The notes beneath the pieces are model-generated. The model had not been told where the DNA came from. It did not search any database and saw nothing but the letters and a program-made list of their open reading frames with translations. This document shows, in pieces, positions 9,996 to 19,500 of a stretch of 59,548 bases of DNA; position 1 is the stretch's first letter; every line of letters begins with the position of its first letter. The stretch is taken from positions 1-59,548 of IMG/VR virus record IMGVR_UViG_3300009108_000011; one strand, written 5' to 3'. Source of the stretch: a virus (Duplodnaviria; Caudoviricetes). Both the position numbers and the translations under genes were made by a program.

Positions 9996-10412
9996 TTAGG
10001 TAGGATTTAACTTTCTATATCTTACACCTAGAGTATGCTTGAACATATTTCTGTATGAATCATTCTCAGATATACTGGTTAAAACCCTAAGATCCACAAA
10101 ATCTGTTCTTCTTATGTTATCTTTTATTATTTTTGCCACTTCTTTTACAACATCATTGTGATAATCATGGTTTTGGAATGTTCTAACTTCCACGTTTATA
10201 TCAACTTCAGATAGATGATCTGTGCCATATAATCCCCAATATTGTATGTTTTCCTTTTTAGGATATATCAGAATTAAATCTCTACGAGCATCTACAAAAC
10301 CAACTGCTTTTTGATCATAACTTTTTGTTAAAATTGGCATATAACCTAGTGACCATTTATCGGTTATAAGATTTATAATGTCATCAAGTGAGTCATATAT
10401 TGCAATACCCAT
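9996..10412 (-). CDS. Putative tail terminator/completion protein
   Basis: Size and position immediately upstream of the tail tube gene. Confidence 0.5.
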   Translation of the reverse strand: MGIAIYDSLDDIINLITDKWSLGYMPILTKSYDQKAVGFVDARRDLILIYPKKENIQYWGLYGTDHLSEVDINVEVRTFQNHDYHNDVVKEVAKIIKDNIRRTDFVDLRVLTSISENDSYRNMFKHTLGVRYRKLNPT

Positions 10413-10933
10413 TATCTATCATACCACCCTAAGATACCTCTTTTTCCTACAGCCACTCTTAATTGTTTTCTTTTCTGCTGTGCTCTTATAATTCTCATTG
10501 CAATTTTTGATACTTCCAGTTCTGGATTTGGTGATGTGTATACTCTTTCTTTTTCATCTTTATTTTCTGGTTGTTCTAACTTTACATCTACAACCCATTT
10601 CTCTATGACACCAACATTACTGGTATCAATAGGTTCATATACGTCAGTCCAATCTTCATCTTCTGGATCTGTAACCATTATTTCATCAACGAATGTCTCT
10701 ACCATATCATTTATACTATCAAAATCAGCCCACTCTATAGTATTTAATAAAACCTCATCTGCTTTTATTGTGAACCCCTCTCCATTATTTATTATCTCAT
10801 ATCTAATATTAGATTTTGCTAACTTTGCATCCATTAATTCAACTGTTTTTTCTGTCATCTCAGTTTTAAAATCATGTAGTGCCCTGTTGAGCAATCCATA
10901 TCTTGAACCAAATGTTGCAAATGACTCACTCAT
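10412..10933 (-). CDS. Hypothetical neck-region protein
   Basis: Position between head-tail adaptor and tail terminator. Confidence 0.4.
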   Translation of the reverse strand: MSESFATFGSRYGLLNRALHDFKTEMTEKTVELMDAKLAKSNIRYEIINNGEGFTIKADEVLLNTIEWADFDSINDMVETFVDEIMVTDPEDEDWTDVYEPIDTSNVGVIEKWVVDVKLEQPENKDEKERVYTSPNPELEVSKIAMRIIRAQQKRKQLRVAVGKRGILGWYDR

Positions 10934-11553
10934 GGTATGAAAAACACTTCTCTACGGTTCAACACGCACTCTTCTATAGAATCTTTCCAATATTTAATTG
11001 ATTGATCAATATTTAATTGATTACTTCCTATTGGTATTTGATCCATTCTTAGACTTGTTGTTAATAATTCTATTGATGTTAGTTTTATACATGCGTCTTT
11101 TACATCATCTGGTACTGTATCATCCCCATATCTATATGTGACTCTGACTCTGTTTTTCCTCATTATGCTGAATAAGAATCCTCTAAGATATAATCTTCCA
11201 TAAACCTCGTCAAACTCATACCATTCTGTATCGTTTAAAATATCATCATATGATGAGCTTGCACCCTGCCAAATTTCTATCTTATCTCCACTTGCTGAAC
11301 TTAATGGTTTACAATTTCTATGCTGTAACCATAATGGAGTACCCCAGCCGAATGTATAAAGTAATGCTAAATCATGAATTTCTTTTGATATTGTTTTTGT
11401 TCTTCCAAATGTATGTCCAATACGTCTGTCTAATTCTTCCTCTTTTCGATTGATGATTTTTTCAACTTGAGTTTTATTAGGTAAAGTAGTAGGAGTAATG
11501 GGGATTCTGAGAAAATCAGCAACATCTTCCACTGTGCAGTATGTAACAGCCAT
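10930..11553 (-). CDS. Head-tail adaptor/connector protein
   Basis: YCTVEDV N-terminus and VRVTYRYG..VPDDVKDACI motif. Confidence 0.75.
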   Translation of the reverse strand: MAVTYCTVEDVADFLRIPITPTTLPNKTQVEKIINRKEEELDRRIGHTFGRTKTISKEIHDLALLYTFGWGTPLWLQHRNCKPLSSASGDKIEIWQGASSSYDDILNDTEWYEFDEVYGRLYLRGFLFSIMRKNRVRVTYRYGDDTVPDDVKDACIKLTSIELLTTSLRMDQIPIGSNQLNIDQSIKYWKDSIEECVLNRREVFFIP

Positions 11554-11583
11554 GATGTAAATAAAGAGGTTGAGTATTTAAGT

Positions 11584-11853
11584 TTATTTAAATACGATGA
11601 CATATTCGGCTGAACCTGTTACATCAGCATATATACCGTTCTCAAATCTTCTATGTAGTTCATCGACATCTTGGACTCCTTCACCATAAATTGTTATTTC
11701 TACAGGAGCACTGGCATTAACACCGTTTTTTAGTTCTATTTTTGCTCCAGATGAGCCTGCTTTAGAAACATGAACAGCGACAAGTACCCCATGTCCTCCT
11801 TTTACAAGGGCATCAGCATTGACATTTGCTACATTATGGTTTAGTTCTACCAT
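11584..11853 (-). CDS. Small virion protein
   Basis: Beta-rich, FENGIY motif, downstream of MCP, own TATA box. Confidence 0.5.
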   Translation of the reverse strand: MVELNHNVANVNADALVKGGHGVLVAVHVSKAGSSGAKIELKNGVNASAPVEITIYGEGVQDVDELHRRFENGIYADVTGSAEYVIVFK

Positions 11854-11917
11854 GATGATTAATTCACGCTTACATATATAAACTTTATGAAGAAAAAAAA
11901 GTCGGCTATTTTGGACT

Positions 11918-12274
11918 CTAGTAGCCTATGACTAGAAACTCGAATATTTTGTTAGCAATGGATGTACTATTTGCTACTTCTGCAAATACTGCACCTGCTG
12001 AACCACCAACGGAATAGAGTTTGATTTTTTCATTTGTCTTGTCATATTCTACTTTGTATAGTGAATCCGTAAATTCAGGGATCACTGAAACGAGTGTAGA
12101 AATTCTTCCCTCTTTGAGGTCGGCTGACACTCCATTTGTTGCATAAGCATCAGAGCCACCAGCAGTGACTTTGACCTTAAATATTCGCAGTTTAGAAACT
12201 AATGCTGCATTGAAAGATAGTGTCTTTCTAACATTAGCTGCTGTCCAATCGGATGAACTGACTGTTACTGCCAT
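11918..12274 (-). CDS. Putative capsid decoration/cement protein
   Basis: Directly downstream of MCP; beta-rich; own promoter and T-tract terminator. Confidence 0.5.
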   Translation of the reverse strand: MAVTVSSSDWTAANVRKTLSFNAALVSKLRIFKVKVTAGGSDAYATNGVSADLKEGRISTLVSVIPEFTDSLYKVEYDKTNEKIKLYSVGGSAGAVFAEVANSTSIANKIFEFLVIGY

Positions 12275-12308
12275 ATAAAACTGTATGAACCACCTATATA
12301 TAAGTATT

Positions 12309-12322
12309 AAAAAAAAAGGAAG
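12309..12322 (-). terminator. Archaeal oligo-T terminator after MCP
   Basis: TTCCTTTTTTTTT on the minus strand just after the MCP stop. Confidence 0.55.
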
Positions 12323-12334
12323 TTTGTGGTTTGA

Positions 12335-13555
12335 CTAAAGTTTGATATCTCTAATCTTACCTTGTGACTTGAAGTGTCTACAGACAGTTTCTCCCATTGT
12401 CCTGAATACACCTTTCTCAACAAATGCGTTGTTGACAAATGGATATGCTGGACTTCTGCGTGTTGCTTCATAGTATTCTGTTGGAATTGCGATTGAGATT
12501 CCGATTCTTGGATAACCATATCCTTCTGCATCACTTGTATCAAGTGCGAATAATCTACCAATTTCTGATGAATCACCAGAGTTTGATGGAGCATCCTTGC
12601 TTGGGATGAATGGGATTCCATAAATGGAGTCTACGTGGATTCCGACACCTGTTCCTTTGAAAGTTTGAATTCCGTTAACATCGATTTGTACGAGTGCTTC
12701 ACCGTATGGATTTGGAATACGGACTGAAGGCATGTATAAACCTTGTATTTCGGAGTAAACTTCGTGTGAACCGAGGAATACGTTTGGATCTTTACCTGCT
12801 GCAATACGGATCTTTCTTAAGAAAGTACGTAATGTATCATCGGTAAGGACACCGTTAGTACCTATTGTACCTGAAGCAGATTCTACAGTACAGTCAAAGT
12901 CAGTGCCACTGTCTCTATCGACAGTTGCGTTTGCAGCCCAAGGGTCATAATAACCTGTTTGTGATCCACCAACAGCACCTTCTTCAGCTCCAGAGCTGAT
13001 GATTCTGTCTAGGGTCTCAAAGTCTGTAGTACCAGTGTTAGCACCACTAGCACCTGCTGCTTCTGATTCGACATCTGCTAAGAGCATTCTGTTTAAGAAT
13101 TCTTTGTGTTGGACTGCCATATACAATCGAAGTGAACCAAGTCCACCCCAAATGTCGTCTTTACTGTGAGTTGCGAGCCATTCCATAACTTCAGATGCAC
13201 TGAAAGGCAACTGAGCTGTTTTTGGTCTGATATCGATCTCTTGTAAAGTTGGTTTGACGGTCTCAGCAATAGTACCACCTTCTGAAGTACCACCCAAAGT
13301 AGTGTTACCTTGGTTAGTATTTAGGGTTGGTTTTGCTGTAATTACACGAAATCCAGATTTATCCCAAGGATATTTTGGGAGTATACCGAATGCGTTAGCT
13401 TCTAAGTTAAGTTGTGCCCATGCATATGCACCAAAAATAGCGTTAAAAACGCCAGTTGTTGATGTTGTTACTGGAGCATCAGCTTTTCTAAGGAGATTTC
13501 TGTTATAGCCGTAATAGAGTGCCTCTAGTTCGTCAATAGTCTTTACTTGAACCAA
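12335..13555 (-). CDS. Major capsid protein (HK97 fold)
   Basis: 406 aa; follows protease and scaffold; SIYGIPFIPSKD and C-terminal QGKIRDIK patterns; TTG start. Confidence 0.85.
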   Translation of the reverse strand: MVQVKTIDELEALYYGYNRNLLRKADAPVTTSTTGVFNAIFGAYAWAQLNLEANAFGILPKYPWDKSGFRVITAKPTLNTNQGNTTLGGTSEGGTIAETVKPTLQEIDIRPKTAQLPFSASEVMEWLATHSKDDIWGGLGSLRLYMAVQHKEFLNRMLLADVESEAAGASGANTGTTDFETLDRIISSGAEEGAVGGSQTGYYDPWAANATVDRDSGTDFDCTVESASGTIGTNGVLTDDTLRTFLRKIRIAAGKDPNVFLGSHEVYSEIQGLYMPSVRIPNPYGEALVQIDVNGIQTFKGTGVGIHVDSIYGIPFIPSKDAPSNSGDSSEIGRLFALDTSDAEGYGYPRIGISIAIPTEYYEATRRSPAYPFVNNAFVEKGVFRTMGETVCRHFKSQGKIRDIKL

Positions 13556-13556
13556 T

Positions 13557-14162
13557 TTAAATCAATCCTACCTCTTCGTCAGAAGGTTTGTAGTAGTGAC
13601 CACTTTGTATTTTCAGAGCAATGTCTGAAAGTCCATCGTGACCTACTGATCTAGCATCTTTCAAGATTTGTGAATAATCCTGTGTGTAAGATTTGTTCAC
13701 ATTTTCTGGACTTGCGTTAGGGCGAGGTGTTTCGGTATTAAAAGTTTGTGCTTTTCCTACTTCTAAAGTCTTGACTTCATCTGTTTCTGGTTTATCAGTA
13801 ACAGTTTTGTCTCCATCGAGTTTTGCTTGTTCACCTTGTTCGTATGGTGCTTCTGGTACTGAGGGCACTTCTGCTCCAATATCGTCTGCATCTTGAACTT
13901 TAGGTTTCAAGTCTACACTAGCATCTTGTCCACTAGGGGATTTGTATGCTCCATCTTGCTGTGCTTTGTGGATTGCATCTACATTATTAAATAATGTATT
14001 TACATCACTTGCTAAAGCCTTGTGGCTTTCCAAGATAGTTTTTTGTGACTCAACAACTGCTTTCAATGTATCTGCGATAACATCGTAAGCTTTTTCGACT
14101 TCTTCTTCTTCCTCTTCTCTACGGTCTTCTTCGTCTTCTTGTTTAGAATTTTCGTCTGCCAT
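13557..14162 (-). CDS. Capsid scaffolding protein
   Basis: Acidic coiled-coil protein directly upstream of MCP; four [VI]xK-[AS] sites. Confidence 0.65.
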   Translation of the reverse strand: MADENSKQEDEEDRREEEEEEVEKAYDVIADTLKAVVESQKTILESHKALASDVNTLFNNVDAIHKAQQDGAYKSPSGQDASVDLKPKVQDADDIGAEVPSVPEAPYEQGEQAKLDGDKTVTDKPETDEVKTLEVGKAQTFNTETPRPNASPENVNKSYTQDYSQILKDARSVGHDGLSDIALKIQSGHYYKPSDEEVGLI

Positions 14163-14216
14163 GTTGTTGACTAAAATATATATAGAGGGTTTATAAATAT
14201 TGTGGTTATTTATAGT

Positions 14217-15794
14217 TTATGGAAAATTACCTAAATCTTCTGCTCTTTTACCATATCTATTAGTCTTTCTACCACCATTATGCCTAACATTAAAGGCTTC
14301 TGTATCATTAGTTCCCATAAAATTCCCTCCTCTAGGACTAGTTCCATTGGCTGCATTAGTGCCTTCTTTTAATTCTTCTGTTAATTTCTTAGAAAGTGCT
14401 TTTATTGATAATCTTGCTTTTGCATCTATTTTTGCTTGATTGGCTTTTCTGTCTCTTTCGTTGGCTCGTGATCTTTTTCTTCCTGTTGGCTGTCTCTCAC
14501 TTGACACATATCTTCTATTATATGGATTTGTGGTAATATCACCTACTTCATATCTTCCAATCTTTTTGCTTTTTCCACCTCTTTCTTTACCTTCATGTGT
14601 GTGTACCTTCTCACCCCTTCCTGTTGGCTGTTTTAAACCTTCTACTCCAAAATGATCAGTTCTACCACCTTCTCTTCCTGTCTTTGGACTATAGTCACGC
14701 CATTTTGTACTTTTGAATGGTTTTCTTCCTTCTCTACCACCATCTTCCGAATAACGTCTTGCATCTTCAGCCTGTTGCTGACTATCTGAAGGTTCTTTAC
14801 TTAAGCCTCCTTCAAAGCGTTTTGGCTTTTTTGGTCTTGCTAACATCTCTTGCACATTATCATTACTTACTGCATCTTTTTCAATTCCTAAAGTAAACTT
14901 TCGACCTTTTCTTCTAGATGGAAGACCCCTTCTTCTTCGTTTAATTACATCTGTTGCTTTACGGAATGTTTTCCATTTTTCTGCATTTTCATCTGTATAT
15001 GTTAAAGCATGTGCTATTGTAGCTGCTCTATCTTTTAAGTCATCTGCATCTACATCAGGATTTTCTTTTACTTCATTTTCAACCATTTTCAATCCTATAC
15101 GTTTACCCTGATCTGATACTGTTTTTCTTCCATGTTTCTCTCCTTGGACTCTGGAACGTGGAACTTCACCTAATTCTTCACCGAATTTTTCATCCATGTT
15201 TATTGAATGAGCCCTAAAGCTATCTGTGCGTTTTTTATCTCTTGAATTTTCTTGATGCTCAGTTTGCATTCTTTTTCCATCTTTTTCCCATGCTTCTCTA
15301 TCGAAATTTCCTGCATAATCCCTATACTCGTTGTGTTCATCATCATACTCTGTGTGATCATCATCTCCTCGTTGATCTTCATCAAAATCTTTTGGTGGCT
15401 TTGCTGCTTTTCTATCATTAGGATCTCTTCTTGCTCTTCGTCTATCTTTTTCTTCTCTGTACTTTCTGTATTCATCTCTTTCATCGTCATCCCATTTATC
15501 AGATCTCATTTTTGTTAGTTCCACTGCTCTTAATGCATCTTTTGTTTCTAATGCTAATGCTTTTAATTTTTCTACTTCTTCTAATTCACCATCTGTCAAT
15601 ACCTTCAATGGTTTTTCTTTACTCTCTGATTTACCTTCTGTACCATCATATTGTTCTTGCTGTGCTGAACCTGTTCTTGCATGATCTGCACTTTGTAACT
15701 TTACATGTGTCTCAGGATCTTGGTCATTCTCATAACCTGCAAAACCTTCTCCCTTTAATGTTTCTGCTACCTTGACTAGTTTGTCTAACTTCAA
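14217..15794 (-). CDS. Large, highly charged, disordered protein (putative internal head protein)
   Basis: K/R/E/D/G-rich; located between protease and scaffold. Confidence 0.5.
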   Translation of the reverse strand: MKLDKLVKVAETLKGEGFAGYENDQDPETHVKLQSADHARTGSAQQEQYDGTEGKSESKEKPLKVLTDGELEEVEKLKALALETKDALRAVELTKMRSDKWDDDERDEYRKYREEKDRRRARRDPNDRKAAKPPKDFDEDQRGDDDHTEYDDEHNEYRDYAGNFDREAWEKDGKRMQTEHQENSRDKKRTDSFRAHSINMDEKFGEELGEVPRSRVQGEKHGRKTVSDQGKRIGLKMVENEVKENPDVDADDLKDRAATIAHALTYTDENAEKWKTFRKATDVIKRRRRGLPSRRKGRKFTLGIEKDAVSNDNVQEMLARPKKPKRFEGGLSKEPSDSQQQAEDARRYSEDGGREGRKPFKSTKWRDYSPKTGREGGRTDHFGVEGLKQPTGRGEKVHTHEGKERGGKSKKIGRYEVGDITTNPYNRRYVSSERQPTGRKRSRANERDRKANQAKIDAKARLSIKALSKKLTEELKEGTNAANGTSPRGGNFMGTNDTEAFNVRHNGGRKTNRYGKRAEDLGNFP

Positions 15795-17801
15795 TTACAA
15801 TCCCTTTAATACCCATAGTGCTTTCAAAGCTTGTGATATAAAATGCTGTAGTTTTTCTTTTGACATATTTTGAGGATGAGTTTTCTCATGTACATATGCT
15901 TCAACTCTTTGTTGATAATCTTGATCACTTTCATTTTTATTCTGTGTTGGAATTTTACCAAGTTTTGCTGAGTCTCTATGAAATTGCTCTTCGCTACTTG
16001 TTGATGGCTTAACTTCTAATGAATGCCAGTCACCTGCTGTGCCATATCCTCCTCCACGACCAAATGTGAATTTTTCTCCTCTACTTCTCTTTCTTCCACC
16101 TGTACCACCTTTTAGTTTTTCTGCTATTTCAATCAATGCTTTTCTTTTAATATCCTTTGGTGCTTTACCAGTTGGAGGTGTTCTTGCTTGCTCAGAAAAC
16201 AACTCACTTAAACGTGTTTCTTGAGCACTCTCTAATTTATCAAAATCATCACTTGAATTTACCCTTGGTCTCGTTTTTCTCTCTCTTTCAGAAACATCTC
16301 TATATTCTTCAGGAGAATCATGATAATCAGTATGGATAAATTCCCTTGCATTTTGTGCCTGTCCACCAAATGTTTGATTTTCTTCTTGTGGTGTTGCTCT
16401 TGCTGCTCTTAATCTTTCTTTGTTATCAAGTGCATCTTTTACTAAGTCAACAACTTTCCATTGCATATCTAGTTCAAATGCTTTATCTTTAAGGTCATAC
16501 CATGATTCATTCTTGATTAATTTTCTTCTTTTAATTACTTTCTTTTCTCTATCTTCTGGATAAGGACTTCCACTTCCTGTCCATTGTGGAGGTACTTCTC
16601 CTCCTGCTACTCCTTGTTGAACATTAGGTTCTGCTTTCTTAGAGTTAACTCTCTGTTCTGCTCCATTTTGATTATACATACTGCTTGTATCTCCTGCTGT
16701 ATTTGATAAATCTTTACCCTTTTCTAATTCCATTTCTCTTGGTGTATCTGGTGAATGTGCAACTTGTGTTGGATCATGTCCTGTTGGTGCATCTTTCTTT
16801 TTTGGCTTTGGTTTTCCAAAAACATCACCTTCTTCTAATTCAGGATGATTTTCATATACCTCCATTTCCATTGAATCTTTCATATCTTCTTTAGTATGAG
16901 GAATTTCATGATGATGACCACCACCATGATATTCTCCACAATGAGCACATGTTAAATCTCCTCCACAATGAGCACATGTGTCATCATTTCCATCATGTAA
17001 ATATGGATAATCATTCTTTTTAGTAAATGAACCTACAATCTTTTCTGCACTTTCTCTTGATTTACCTTCATCCATAAGTGCTTCTACTTTACCTTCAAAT
17101 GTTTCTATACCAGATAAATCAACTTTATACAAATCAGCTACTGTTGTTGCTTCTTGTAAGACTCTTCTTCCACCTTCAGTTAGTTTTGGTTCTTTCTTTT
17201 TTTCTTCTGCTTTATCTACTACACATCCAAACTTTGAACATTTTATAACCATTTTACCATCTCTGTCTTCAGTATGGTCAGCCATTGCTTTCGCTACTGG
17301 ATTAAAGTCTGTGATCAACGCTAATGGAACGGCTGGATCTTTACATACTGCTACTTCATAATGTTCCAAGTCTGTTAATTGATATGCTACTGAACCATCT
17401 TTCATTACTTTTGGTGTTCTGTTTGACTTTGTTGCACCACCGAATGATAGTCCTTTGTATTCTCCTGATTTAATCTTACTCCATATCTCATTATCTAATT
17501 CATAATTTTTATGTATTTTACCTGTTATTTTAATCGCTGGAATTTCCTGTCCTCCAGATTTGTAAGTTGCTCTTGAAAAATTAATACCTTTGCCTATAAT
17601 ACGATTAGAATGAGTATCACTGATTGGTGCTCCTCTGTCCATCCATACAGGTAGGACTTTGTATAATTCATCCACTACTGTAATTTCTCCCTGTTTATCT
17701 TTAACCTCAACCGTTAAATAACCTTCAAAGAATCTATCTTCAGAGTTTACAGGATCTAGGGATTTAGTTACTATATTACTAAAGAATATATCATCTTCCA
17801 T
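15795..17801 (-). CDS. Prohead protease (XkdF/HK97-type Ser protease) with long disordered C-terminal extension
   Basis: VKDKQGE, ISDTH, GEYKGLSFGG, EVAVCKDPA motifs. Confidence 0.8.
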   Translation of the reverse strand: MEDDIFFSNIVTKSLDPVNSEDRFFEGYLTVEVKDKQGEITVVDELYKVLPVWMDRGAPISDTHSNRIIGKGINFSRATYKSGGQEIPAIKITGKIHKNYELDNEIWSKIKSGEYKGLSFGGATKSNRTPKVMKDGSVAYQLTDLEHYEVAVCKDPAVPLALITDFNPVAKAMADHTEDRDGKMVIKCSKFGCVVDKAEEKKKEPKLTEGGRRVLQEATTVADLYKVDLSGIETFEGKVEALMDEGKSRESAEKIVGSFTKKNDYPYLHDGNDDTCAHCGGDLTCAHCGEYHGGGHHHEIPHTKEDMKDSMEMEVYENHPELEEGDVFGKPKPKKKDAPTGHDPTQVAHSPDTPREMELEKGKDLSNTAGDTSSMYNQNGAEQRVNSKKAEPNVQQGVAGGEVPPQWTGSGSPYPEDREKKVIKRRKLIKNESWYDLKDKAFELDMQWKVVDLVKDALDNKERLRAARATPQEENQTFGGQAQNAREFIHTDYHDSPEEYRDVSERERKTRPRVNSSDDFDKLESAQETRLSELFSEQARTPPTGKAPKDIKRKALIEIAEKLKGGTGGRKRSRGEKFTFGRGGGYGTAGDWHSLEVKPSTSSEEQFHRDSAKLGKIPTQNKNESDQDYQQRVEAYVHEKTHPQNMSKEKLQHFISQALKALWVLKGL
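16934..16979. repeat. 19-bp direct repeat encoding TCAHCG x2
   Basis: ctccacaatgagcacatgt at 16934-16952 and 16961-16979. Confidence 0.9.
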
Positions 17802-17875
17802 GCTAATTACTCATGATTCTAGTATATAAGTTTAAATAAAAAAAGAATGGATTGGGTGAGGTTATAAACCTACGC

Positions 17876-18136
17876 TTACTCCTTTTTTGCCTTGCTTACA
17901 GCAAAGTCTGCTGCGAATCCCGTTGTAAGTCCTACTAGGGCTAAGCCCACAACTCCAATGGATTCGACTGCGATTGTCTGTGAAACAGCTATTGCAGCGA
18001 ATGTAGAGATGATTAGAGCACCTGCTAGTTTCCTTGCAGAGTAAGTTTCATCCTCACTGTGTAGGTATCCTCTCAAAGTGTTCAATCCTGCTCCGATTAC
18101 TGCTGCGACAACAGTTATCAATACTGGATCGACCAT
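17876..18136 (-). CDS. Small membrane protein, about 3 TM (holin-like)
   Basis: Three hydrophobic segments, basic C-terminus, own promoter and terminator. Confidence 0.45.
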   Translation of the reverse strand: MVDPVLITVVAAVIGAGLNTLRGYLHSEDETYSARKLAGALIISTFAAIAVSQTIAVESIGVVGLALVGLTTGFAADFAVSKAKKE

Positions 18137-18250
18137 ACGAATACAGAATAATTCGCCTATATAAACTTATGTGAACCTTTTATTCGCAAGCCTTATAATA
18201 AAGTAACATAGTCAAGTGCATCCCTGACCCATTTACATGATTTCTTTTTT

Positions 18251-18478
18251 TTACTTACGCTTTTTCTTGCCATTTTTACCCCACTCTGCTGCTTCTTTAG
18301 AAATTGATAGACCTGTCACGAATAATGCTGAAATTGCTGCAATTAATAAACTCATCTCAAAAGTTAATCCTACGTCATAGATGGATTCTGCTACATTTCC
18401 TCCTACTAACGGAGAAAAGAAAGAAACACCAAAATTACCTGTGATTCTCGCTATACCTCTTACAAGTGATTGCTCCAT
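18251..18478 (-). CDS. Small membrane protein
   Basis: Hydrophobic segments with basic C-terminus. Confidence 0.5.
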   Translation of the reverse strand: MEQSLVRGIARITGNFGVSFFSPLVGGNVAESIYDVGLTFEMSLLIAAISALFVTGLSISKEAAEWGKNGKKKRK

Positions 18479-18506
18479 AAATACAGTTAAAAACCAAGTA
18501 TTTAAA

Positions 18507-18746
18507 TTACTCTATACGTTTTACAAAATTTGTCTTCATGAGATGAAGGAAAATTACTGGTTCTGTAACAAATGCCTGAATAACCTCATCTCTAAATATA
18601 CCAGACGAATCGAATTTTCCACATTTATAACAAACATATATTTTTGATACTCCCTTCTTATATCCATATTTGAATGAACCACATGAGCAGTGTTTTTTAG
18701 TTACAAAATGTCTCTTGGTTTTTCGTTCTGTAGGCATATCACTCAT
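18507..18746 (-). CDS. Zn-ribbon protein
   Basis: CSCG..CYKCG. Confidence 0.55.
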   Translation of the reverse strand: MSDMPTERKTKRHFVTKKHCSCGSFKYGYKKGVSKIYVCYKCGKFDSSGIFRDEVIQAFVTEPVIFLHLMKTNFVKRIE

Positions 18747-18793
18747 GATTTAATTGCAAGCATTTATTAATAAGTATTTCTATTATTTTAATT

Positions 18794-19225
18794 ATGGGAA
18801 CGTCTTTTTATCTGTATGAGAATGAAGAAGAACTTAAAAAAATATATGGTGCACAATTAAATGAAGAGACTCATTGCATTAAAATAACCGATATGTACCT
18901 AAAACCTAATGATGTATTATGGATTATTGAAGAATATGATAAGATAAAAGAAAAACCACTTATAGGTAGATCTATAGTTCATTTTAGAAATACAAGTTTT
19001 AATGAATATAAAAACGGGGATGAGAAGTTAATTCTTCATGATAAGTTAGTTTTTGACCCAAAAAGAAGTAAACTACAGGCATTTACTAAAATATTACGAA
19101 AACCAGAGTTTGAAGTAAAAGTAGATAGATATTATGGAGATGAAAAGACAAAAAAATGTAAAATAGACTATAACCATAGATATTATGATTTAACTAGTGA
19201 TAGGGTGAATTTAATCTTAAAATGA
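18794..19225 (+). CDS. Hypothetical protein
   Basis: 143-aa ORF divergent from its neighbour. Confidence 0.6.
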   Translation: MGTSFYLYENEEELKKIYGAQLNEETHCIKITDMYLKPNDVLWIIEEYDKIKEKPLIGRSIVHFRNTSFNEYKNGDEKLILHDKLVFDPKRSKLQAFTKILRKPEFEVKVDRYYGDEKTKKCKIDYNHRYYDLTSDRVNLILK

Positions 19226-19347
19226 AGAAATGCAAAGAATGTGGAATATATTCAGAGTTAGCGTTATATTTTGATGAAAGATTTGATATGTGTAAAAAAT
19301 GCTATAATAAAATATCACCTCATACAGTAACGGGGTTAGATGATTGA
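19222..19347 (+). CDS. Zn-finger micro-protein, 41 aa (MKKCKECG..MCKKCY); not in ORF track
   Basis: ATGA overlap with the upstream stop; two CxxC. Confidence 0.55.
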   Translation: MKKCKECGIYSELALYFDERFDMCKKCYNKISPHTVTGLDD

Positions 19348-19499
19348 AAATAGATTTGTTTTTAGGCGATGTAGAGGATAAACTAGACGTAATAAATGGT
19401 AATTTAGAAGACCTAAAAGTACTTTTACGGTTACTTTTAACTCCACCCGACCTAAAAGAGTATGAAAAGTATAAACTAGAAAAAAGAAAAGATGTTTAG
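19344..19499 (+). CDS. Small hypothetical protein, 51 aa (MKIDLFLGDVEDKL..); not in ORF track
   Basis: TTGA start/stop overlap; fills the gap. Confidence 0.5.
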   Translation: MKIDLFLGDVEDKLDVINGNLEDLKVLLRLLLTPPDLKEYEKYKLEKRKDV

Positions 19500-19500
19500 G

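Noticed and set aside
16920-16990. c-type haem-binding motifs
   Set aside because: The motif is CAHCG, not CxxCH
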